This document shows, one piece after another, positions 53,850 to 64,000 of a stretch of 64,000 bases of DNA. The stretch spans positions 123,008,001-123,072,000 of the forward strand of contig OZ024745.1 in assembly GCA_964016885.1 (NCBI GenBank), in the 5' to 3' direction. Origin of the DNA: Eledone cirrhosa. Taxonomy: Eukaryota. A program made the translations under genes and the position numbers. The number at the start of each line of letters is the position of its first letter. Position 1 is the stretch's first letter. The notes beneath the pieces were generated by a model, which saw only the letters and a program-made list of their open reading frames with translations, was not told the origin of the DNA and ran no database searches.

Positions 53850-54310
53850 GGGAGTGATCATCAAGAACTATTGGTGGAGCATGCTGTAGGGACTGATTAG
53901 AGTAGAATTGATAGGACTTAGAAAAGAAGTAGCCAGAAAGAAAAATAAATTAGAAAGGAACTAGTCAGTAAATTTCAAAATATGATTAGAAACAGCATCA
54001 CAGCCAATATACTAGTGGTGAGATTGACCTCTTTTCACTACTAGTATTCTGACCATTTATTTCACACAAAGCACAGAAATGATGCTGTCAGAGCTAAGAT
54101 GCATGAGCTTAAATATGAGAGAATGAAAGGTGTTTGAAGACCACCAAATAAAAGAGATGCTATTTGGCAAGAAAAAAACAGTTCCACCATTGACAAACTC
54201 GAAGAAGCAACCCATATATTACTTAATTCAAGGCATGTGTTGTGTGTGAGACTTTCCAGTGGTACTTTACTCAACTATTTGGGGTGAATGATGAACCAGA
54301 GATGGTAGTG
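53850..54310 (+). mobile_element. Possible ancient L1/Tx1 ORF2 linker fragment
   Basis: DAVRAKMHELKYERMKG..NSSTIDKL loosely resembles the Tx1 inter-domain region. Very degenerate. Confidence 0.35.
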
Positions 54311-54595
54311 GACTTTAGTGGCTACCTCAATGGACTGCCAAGGTTCTTCATAGAAGGGTCAAAAAAGTTGATAACAGCAACTGAATTGTTTTAATTCATC
54401 TCAAGCAAGGAAATAAAGCCATTAAAATGCAAAGGGATTATTGTGAGGTGAAAAGAAAAAGACAGACACGTCTTGAAAATGACTTTGTTGTGTTTTTGGC
54501 TGACTAATCTGTTATGAGAATATCTGGTAGATGGAAACTGTAAGGAAGCCTGTTATATGTGTGTTGTGTGTGTGTGTGTAGATATGGGGTATATA

Positions 54596-54922
54596 TCATC
54601 ATCATCATTTTACGTCCGCTTTTCCCTGCTTGCAAGGGTGGGACGGGAACTGATTCTGGCTTGATTTCTACAGCTGGATGCCCTTCCTAACACCAACCTC
54701 ATTTACAGTGAGTGCTGGGTGCTTTTTTGCCGTGGTACCTCCACGACCACTTTTCAGTGGAATGATAGGGACCCCAGTCCCTATCATCTCATTTTTACAG
54801 CTGAGTAAACTGGAGCAATGTGAAATAAAGTGTCTTGCTCAAGGAAACAACACATCACCCGGTCTGAGAATTGAACTCACAACGTTTTGATTGCAAGGCC
54901 AATGCTCTAACCACTAAGCCAT
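54596..54922 (-). mobile_element. Composite SINE S2 head plus RTE-like tail
   Basis: Near-identical to 9768-10098. Confidence 0.85.
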
Positions 54923-55317
54923 TTTTAATAAATATTTGCTCTACGGTTCTTATATATTTAATATATATTTATCCTTATCGAACCCTCTTTGGATTTTAGT
55001 CTTCACATTTATTATTATTACTACACACACACACATATATGTATATATGTATATATGTATGTGTGTGTGTGTGTGTATGCCAGTCACTATAAATCTCATA
55101 CCAACACTGCATAATGCCTGTGGTGACCATTGTTGAAATAATATGTACTAGAGTGTAGCATTGCAGCACACATCAGCAGCATATCATATTTAGAATAAGG
55201 AATAGGTTGTTTTCAAAATGGTCATGAGGCAGGAGAAAGTCTGTCACAAATAATCTAGTCTAATCCATGGAGGAATAGAAACGTTGCTTGTAGAGGGTAG
55301 GGCTTGGTAGGAAAAAA

Positions 55318-55401
55318 TGGAGATTCTTCTTCCTTCCTGGTAGCTGTTTATTTTATTTTATCTAAAATAAAATGAACGACTACCAGGAAGAAAAATCTCC
55401 A
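55318..55401. repeat. Imperfect hairpin / inverted repeat
   Basis: TGGAGATT..CTTCCTGGTAG..GTTTATTTTATTTTA / TAAAATAAAATGAAC..CTACCAGGAAG..AATCTCCA. Confidence 0.75.
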
Positions 55402-56589
55402 ATTTCCACCCCTTGATAATGGCTGATTAATTTGAAAAGTTTGGGGAATATTAAATTGCTATGGTAACTTTCTGTCATTCTTTCTTTTGTTTTCTCTCTC
55501 AGTTCCCTTCTGACTTATTACCTTAGCAATCTAACCCACTAGCATTGTATGGCTTTCTAAACAAACAAATGGACTTTTCAAATATATTGTGTATATATAT
55601 ATATATAATAGTAAAAAAAAAAAAACACTAGAAAATGGTATTTTGTTATTTCCATTATTTTTCCTTTTTTACTATTTTATCTATTTTATATATCAACTTG
55701 TGTATCATTTCTCCCCCCCCCCCTCTCTCTATATCTATATATATATGTTTATATATTATTATTATAGTAGAAACAATTATTATTATACATTTACACACAC
55801 ACACACACAAACATACACATAGATATATTCATATATATATATACATATACTAACATAACATGGATGATTGTGTTAGTGTGTACATGCAAGAGTGAGAGAC
55901 TTTGAGGGATAAGGGATAAGGGAATAATAGAAATATACATATTCTAGAGGAAGACATGTTATTGATAAAGATTGAAAAAGGGATGAAAGTGGAATAGGAA
56001 GAAAAAGGCAATGGTTGAAATGGAAGAGATAAAGGGAAAGAAATGAGTGTGATGAGTAGGGAATATTAGTTCGTAGACAAAAGTAATGTTAACGCAATGC
56101 AAGTCACAGGAAATATACAATAATTATTATTATATTTCTGTAATAAAAGTTTCAGAAAACCTGTTTCTTTCAAAGCTCTATATTGCAGTAGAATACATAA
56201 TGGTAATGGTTATAAATGATGCAATAGACATGGAAGATATTCAATGCACACTGTATGCTGTGTGCTCTGTGCAGTGTTGTACAAGCATGCAATGTAATGC
56301 AATGGTGGCTGCAATGGTACAATGCATAAATAACTACACAGTTTTACAATTTATATATAATATAATCATCAAAAGAAAAAAAAAAAAGACAATATTACAA
56401 TTCCTTTTCTATTATTTTTTCTTGTTTTTTTTTTGTAATTGTTCTTTTCCCCTCCCTCAGTTTTTGTTTTACTTCACCACAAACCCACCTCATTCTACTC
56501 TTACCATACTAGAATTTTAAAACTAAAGTAGATTAAAAAAAAAACACCAATCTGATGACAGAACATTACAAAAGAATTATGATTGTATA

Positions 56590-56598
56590 CGTGTGCGA

Positions 56599-56697
<99 letters not shown>

Positions 56698-56823
56698 CAT
56701 ATAAATATATATACATATATAAATGTATATACATATATGAATATATATATATAATATATATATAAATATATATTATATATATATATATATGTACATATAT
56801 ATATATATATGTATATATATATG

Positions 56824-56898
<75 letters not shown>

Positions 56899-57017
56899 TA
56901 TATATATATATATATATAAAATATATATATATAGAGTGAGAGAGAGAGAGACAGACAGAGACAGAGAGAGACAGAGAGAGAGAGAGAGTCAGAGGGATGT
57001 TCATAGATTTATATATG

Positions 57018-57116
<99 letters not shown>

Positions 57117-57177
57117 CATATGTACCAAGTATGGAAAATACACGTAAATGGGTGATGATGAATATATTATATACAAT

Positions 57178-57208
<31 letters not shown>

Positions 57209-57245
57209 TGGGTATATATATATTTACATCAACATGCATATATAT
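56590..57245. repeat. (TA)n-dominated microsatellite block
   Basis: Direct inspection. Similar blocks at 20.88-21.09, 37.3-37.6, 38.3-38.8, 45.66-45.93 and 57.9-58.28 kb. Confidence 0.95.
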
Positions 57246-57663
57246 TTATAACTCTAGAGAAAGAAATATATTCATCTATTATGCAATCCCAGAAGTTTTT
57301 ATATCTTTTTTATTCTCTTTTCATATTCCGTTTTGCCTTCAAAATTTTGTAAATATTTAAGCTTCTTTCTCATTCTCAAAAGGTTTCAACATGGCAATGG
57401 AAGATAGTTGAGCATTCATGAAATGATATTTTTTGTCGTCTCCTTTCGAGTTTCTTCCTGGTTTTTATTTTCTAATACTTTTTTCTAAAACAGCATGGAG
57501 TTTACTGAATAATTCAATTTCTCCATCTTATCTTCCATCATATTCCGATGCCCTCTTGAGTTCACACATAATGCATCCCTCAATTTATATTATATTTATC
57601 TAACTAACTCTCTTCTCTCTCTACCCCGTCTTCTCTCTTCATCCCTCTGTATATATATGTATA

Positions 57664-57695
<32 letters not shown>

Positions 57696-57699
57696 AATA

Positions 57700-57894
57700 T
57701 ACGTTATTCCGGGTTTAATCGGAGGTAACCACAGTAAGTAAGGTACTCAATACATTGCAGAGTATAAAAGTTTTAATATAGATGAGATTCTACAGGACTA
57801 GAACTGTTTTATTCTTTAGAAATCATCAGGATTCCTGATGATTTCTAAAGAATGAAACAGTTCTAGTTCTGTAGAATCTCATCTATATTAAAAC

Positions 57895-57895
<1 letters not shown>
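57700..57895 (-). mobile_element. HH1 subfamily B fold-back element
   Basis: About 63-bp arms 57769-57831 / 57833-57895 with two mismatches. Plus-strand hammerhead motif at 57830-57878 (GAUUC/GAAUC stem I). Embedded in (TA)n. Confidence 0.8.
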
Positions 57896-57986
<91 letters not shown>

Positions 57987-58063
57987 TATATATATATATA
58001 GAGAGAGAGAGATGAATATATAAATATACAAGCATACATATATATAAACTCACACATATATAT

Positions 58064-58111
<48 letters not shown>

Positions 58112-58134
58112 ATATATATATATATATGTACATG

Positions 58135-58172
<38 letters not shown>

Positions 58173-59439
58173 AAGAGAGAGAGAGAGATGGATATATAGA
58201 TATACAGGCATATATATATATAGTTATATATAGATATACATGCATATATACATAAATATATGTGTGAGTGTGTGTGTGTGTTTACATCTTGAAACAACTG
58301 GTGATGAATAAATGAAATGTTACTTATAAGTGCTATATACTATCATCAGCGTCATCTTCATTTAATGTCCAGTTTTCCTGCTACCAATGTCGAGGTGGGT
58401 TGTCAAGCCTGCTTAGTTGGTACTCAAAGTTGAGGTACTGACTTCACAGCATGCCAGGATCCTCCATCCCACATATGGTTCTACACCTCACCGAATCATT
58501 TTAACTTGACACAAGCACTAAGGATGCTGTTATGTCCTTATATGTATCTTTCATTGTTGTAGTATTAAGGTGGCAACATGTCTCTGGTAGAATTTTTCAT
58601 TGTGTCACTATTATCTAACTTATTGTGATTACTCTGAGGAATAATTTATTGATTACACTCTCATTGAGTGCTTTGTAACAGCCTTCGAAAATCGATTGTG
58701 AACCTGCTACCTGCTACTTGCAGCTGCAACTTCCGTTACACTCATTATTATTTTATATATACTGTATATATACATACATATATATATATATATATATGTG
58801 TATATATATATATATGTATATATATATATGAAACAAACCAGGATTTTTTCGTTCTGAGGATTGAAAGCAAAACCTTTTGCTTTTAAGAAACCACTGGTAA
58901 ATGGAATAATTGCCTTATGTTGTTTATTACATAATAATAATATATATATATATATATAGACAGATATGTATATTTATAGATAGATAGATATGTAAATATA
59001 TATATATATATAATTACGTGTTTGAAATAATTTGTGAAGGTCATCTTATGTAATTAATTAAGAAAAAGGTGGACAAAGACAACAGAAAAAGAGACAAAAC
59101 ACAAAACAGTCCTGTCTCATAAGTTGACCTATATATACAGAGTGTCCCAACAAAAAATGTACACACACTTTGATTAGAATGCTGTTGAAGCGTGTATACA
59201 TTTTTTTTTTGGGGGGGGGGGGGGGGAGCACTATGCAGTTTGAGTAGGATACCATAGCAACAAGATATCTGTGTTAATTTTTCTCTAAAGTACAATTGTT
59301 TTACACAGTATCAATGGCTTACATAGTGGTGAAAGTTCTTATAAGATGTTATACAAACATTTTTTAAGTATAAATTCTAGACATGTGTACTAATTCAGTA
59401 AGTATATATGTTGATATATGTCTATGTGTATATATATAC

Positions 59440-59810
59440 TAATTAAACATACAGTATATTATCAAATATACTATACATACATTCATATATACATCGCTAT
59501 TTCAGAGCACCAATACTAATAGCTAATATTTGCTGGACTGGCAACAGCTCTGTTTAATCAGCTCTTAAACATTACTGGAATTCTATAAGAATCCAGCTTC
59601 TACAATTCTCGGCAGAAGCAAACGGGTAAGTAGTCTTGATAAACGCTAATGAGCAAGAAACAGGACTATCGATTACTCCCCTTTGTTTTTGCTGAGAATA
59701 AGTAAGTGACATAGTCACTACTTTAAAGCTCATAGCAAATGGTCTTCAAAATGTTTTTAATTAAACATACAGTATATTATCAGATATACTATACATACAT
59801 TCATATATAT
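59440..59810. repeat. Structured unit flanked by about 50-bp direct repeats (period about 318 bp)
   Basis: TAATTAAACATACAGTATATTATCA.ATATACTATACATACATTCATATAT at 59440 and 59758, with an internal long hairpin at 59605-59699. Confidence 0.75.
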
Positions 59811-60020
59811 TATATATATACACATTTGTGTGGGGGGGGGGGGGGAGGGGGTTGCAAGGCCTTTTCCCACTTAAAAATCCTTCAAAGCACAGGCATTGCT
59901 TGTTCAGGATGTGTCTGTGTGGCTGGCTGTAGCATAAAAGTGCACCAAACTCTGTAATCTGACAAGCAATTGCAATACTCTTAGCAGAGTTTGCAGCCAT
60001 CGTGTGTGTATGTGTGAGTG

Positions 60021-60091
<71 letters not shown>

Positions 60092-60959
60092 AGTATGAAA
60101 TAATCAGTTTAGACATATGTGTCTTTTCCTTTCATCCACATAATTGAATCCTTTTAATGTTTTGGAGGTAATGCAGTTTGGGGGTCTGTTATTCTTATTG
60201 GTTTTTATATATGAAAGGCCCTACAGAGAAAAATTTCAATATCAGTGAATTGTTTTATTTCCTTTGATTTCACCACTTTATGATTCAAGTGGCAACATAA
60301 ACTAAACAAAACCTGAAACAATAGCAAATTATTGAATTGTTTTATCAATAATTTTTGTAAGTTTTTTTTGTTGTTTTTTTAAAACAAGATTTCGTTTATT
60401 CTGTCTTAAAAAATGGCAAACTAGTATAGTTGTTAAAATGTCAGATATAAGTGTTGCACTGTAAAAACATGTTTGATGTTAAAAATATATAATGTAAAAC
60501 TTATAAATTTAATTTGACACCCTTAAAAATAAAACACTGTTAAATAAGTGATGATTTCTAATTTATGCAGGAGACCAACATGAAGGGAAAAGTCAATTAC
60601 ATCGACCCATTATATAACTGGCACTTTATTTTATCAACACTGAAATGACTCAGGACCGTGACCTCTGGCATTACGCAGTAATACAGAAGACCCAATTTTC
60701 CACAAGTACAAGTCGAAGCTGAAGCATATAGACAATATGCCCCCAGCCCCTCCCACTGCAAAGTGGTCGTGCAGGTGTCATGACAAAAAGCACCCAGTCC
60801 ACACTGTAAATGAGGTTGGTGTTAGGAAGGGCATCCAGCTGTAGAAACTGAGCCAAAATCAGTTCCTGTATGAGCAAGACATGGTCACCTGACCTGGCAT
60901 TGCCCACAACAGAACAACCCGTCTAACCCATGCTAGCATGGAAACATTGATGTAAAACA

Positions 60960-60992
<33 letters not shown>

Positions 60993-62586
60993 TCTTCAAA
61001 TGTCAATAAATTGATAAATAAAATACCAATCTAAGGTAGAGGATTGATGGAATTGTCAGAGCTTCAGACAAGATTCCTTATGATATCTGCCCTAGCACTT
61101 TACATTCTGATGCCAATGCCTAGAATGATACTGATGCCAAATTATATTGGTCTTTGCTTTTCCCTTTGACAATATTAGTGGTGTGTGAGAAGTGATATGC
61201 ACACATGAGAAATTGCATGTCTTCCATAAAACACACTTGCCTTGTTCACATGAGATTTATGAACACTCTTCAAACTGAATAGGTTTGGGTCTTATTCTGA
61301 TCTCCTCAGCAAAGCAGAGACTTCGCTGTATTTAAGGGCAGGAAATAAAATTTTCCTGGTGATGTGGTGGGATATGGTGCCAAAAAAGGTTAAGAACCAT
61401 TAATATGGAAGCTCCCTCATTGAAAATGATAAGTGGACATAATAAGAAGCAGATAAATGAAAACAATTAAAGCTTTAATTGAATCTGTATTTGATAATAT
61501 ATTTGCTAATTACCCCCTCATTTATTTGATCTCTAGTAGACACAAAAAGTATTGTGAATTCATTAGAAAGCCACATAGCTTAATAGTTAAGAAGCTCACT
61601 TTGAGGTTCTAGATAAATTCCCAGTGTGTAGTAGTTTTGAGTAAGAGTCTTTTATCATAGGTTTAGGTTGATTCAAACCTTAGATGGATTGTGTTTATAA
61701 TTCAAAGAGCTAATCTTATTACTTATTATGTCACACTGAATTTCTCTGTGAATTGTGTTAAGGAATACTCATCCATTGATAGATTAATCTAATGAGTAGG
61801 TCATTCCATTGATCAAACAACTACAACATTAATTGTCAAGATTGACAAAATCAATATTAATGGCCATGAAATTATCGCTTCTGATCTATATATTGAGATA
61901 TTGACACAGTTGACATAGAAAGGAAAGTTAAGAGGAAAAAAATAGCAATAATTAATTTCTATTAAAGAGAGTTCTCTGTATTAATCAATCTATAAGAAAT
62001 AAAAAGTAACAATTATAAGAACATGCCTACTCTTGCGATGTGAAACTTGCCTTCATTCATATGTAGAACTATGTAGAGTCAGATTAATAAAATCAATGGT
62101 TTTTCTACTTGTATAGAAGAGATAATATATTAAGTAGACAAGCCTTTGTTCATATCTGCTGCATTTCTTTTTAAAGAACATGAATAATGATGAAGTGAAG
62201 ATACTAAATATCCCCAAGAAAATGCTTTATGAATAATGTCTATTTTTTTTTTTAATAGCACATCATAAAATCTCAGGAAGTGTTTTTTTATAGCCAGAAA
62301 AAATATTCTTTACCTAATTTTCCATACTAATCTCTCTTAGATTATCTTTTCTTAAAAACATCGAAAAGATAGAATACCAACTTTTGTAGCTTTTCTTGTG
62401 TTTGTATTTTTATTTTTTGCTTTTTCCTTTTGATTTTAGTTGTTCTAGTTAAATCTATAGGTCTTTCACTACCCTCATGACAAAATTCATTGATTTAATC
62501 GTATATGTACTGTTCTGTTATATTAAATAGAACTTGTTTCAATGAAACACTATCATCTGTGCATCATGAAACCCACTTTCTAATTA

Positions 62587-64000
62587 TGATAATAATAGTA
62601 ATAATAATAATAATAATAATGCTTTCTTTATTAACCACAAGGGTTGACACAAAGTATAACATTAAGGACAACACAGGACAATACAAATGGGCATTTCCGC
62701 ATGTAAAATAAAAAAAAACAGTGTGACAAAAGGAAACAATGAAAAATTCCCAATAGTGGGGAGACCTCTGAGGGTTGCTCGTGGAGAAAGCCCACTAGAA
62801 AAGCCCCGGTTACCCTGACCGCTAGGGCAAATGCCCTCTTCCAGTTTTCCTCCTACAATGCTACAAGCACACGCTCAGGGTAGACCCATTCACACAAGCC
62901 ATTCTTGCCTCTCTCACCCACCTTTCAACAAACTGGCTGGAGGTCAGCACTTCCCTCTCCACCCTGATTTTCCTCTTCAGGTGAAACCTGAAAAAGTTAA
63001 TGAGGGCGTCACTGAAGAGGAAAGTACCGGTCATCAACCCTTTCAGACGTGTCCACCATACAATCTCTTTTACCATGGCCACCAGGCAGATAAAAACTGC
63101 CTGCCCTTCTCGGCTAAAGGAGGGCGGCGAGGCTATCTTCACAATGGACTCAGCCGATAGCCGGATCCGTTCTACCTGTGACAGCAGGTGTTCGGCATAA
63201 ACCCACAAGTCAGCAATGCTCGGACACTGGACGAGTGCATGCAGGACGGTTTCATCGCCCTGTGCATATCTCTGACAGGCTTGGCTGACGGCACTTCAGT
63301 GCCTGTAGAGTTTATCCCGAACTGGCAAAGCTCCTCGGTAGCACTGCCAGGCCAGGGATTTCTGGAAGTTGTACATGGGCCCCGGCCTGAAAGTTCTCCC
63401 GAAGATATTGGCTAGTTGGTTTTTGTCGATGCCTATAGTCTCCACAAGGACGTTGTTGTTCTTTCCTTCCACTAATCCTCTATAGAAAGCCAAGGTGGAG
63501 TTTCCAGCGATTGTATTGCTCGACTGGTCGAGGGCTGTAAGCGCCTGAAGACATTCTAGTCTCCAAGCGCTTCCTCTCTGTCTTCGCTTGATGCAGGACT
63601 GCAGCTCCGCCAAGGAGACAAGCTGGGGAAACATGTGTCTAGCAAAGGACGACCACACCTGATCATCGTCCAGGAAGAGGTGGAGATGCCGTAGCCTGAG
63701 CGCATGTCTGCGCATCAGCAGCCACGGCATGCTCAGCCCTCTGCCTGACCATCAGAGCATGTCCCTTCCACAAAAAGCGAAAGAGCAAACGCTCCAATGC
63801 AGTCAGGCGAGGCTTAGGACAAGGCACGACGGTCAGGCGGTAGTAGATGACGGACGCGATGTATGCATTCACCATCTCCGCTAGACCTTTCAGGGATAGC
63901 TTCCTCTCGGTCCATTTCTGGGTGAGAGAAAACACCTTGCTCATGACCTCCCGGTTTTTGTCCGTCTGGAGGTTTGGACCAAACCAGACCCCTAGCAATT
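62587..64000 (-). mobile_element. L1/Tx1-clade LINE, 3' part of ORF2 (RT end, zf-RVT-like region), 3' UTR and (TTA)n tail, frameshifted and running off the window end
   Basis: LGVWFG..W..RKLSLKG....N.YIAS.IYY.L..LFRFLWKG, then W.CYRGALPVRDKL, and terminal NGSTLSVCL* at 62861, in three broken ORFs. AATAAA precedes the (TTA)n tail. GC content is much higher than the flanks. Confidence 0.9.

Noticed and set aside
59645-59670. Minimal hammerhead CUAAUGAGCAAGAAAC
   Set aside because: Core mismatch and no stems I-III. The bases fit better in the long hairpin at 59605-59699.
62831-63415. Plus-strand ORFs over the GC-rich end of the window
   Set aside because: Antisense shadows of the minus-strand Tx1 ORF2.

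Overview
Very AT-rich eukaryotic non-coding DNA, either intergenic or a large intron. It is packed with microsatellites ((TA)n, (CA)n, (TACA)n, (CCA/CAA/CTA)n), tRNA-derived SINEs, 5'-truncated LINE remnants (L1/Tx1, RTE, RTE-X, CR1 and an RLE-type element) and small DNA-transposon MITEs (piggyBac-like, hAT-like). The repeat landscape resembles an octopus or other coleoid cephalopod genome, which is an inference from recalled SINE families and was not checked. No host protein-coding exon could be supported, and almost all listed ORFs are microsatellite translations. The most notable signal is a set of short non-coding elements from several distinct families, mostly embedded in (TA)n tracts. 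They carry type I hammerhead ribozyme motifs (stem I - CUGANGA - stem II - GAAA - stem III - NUH - stem I') and are often folded back into long inverted repeats centred on the ribozyme, or flanked by direct repeats. They look like non-autonomous Penelope-like or retrozyme-like elements. One family shows compensatory stem changes between subfamilies. Coordinates were read by eye and may be off by a few bases.
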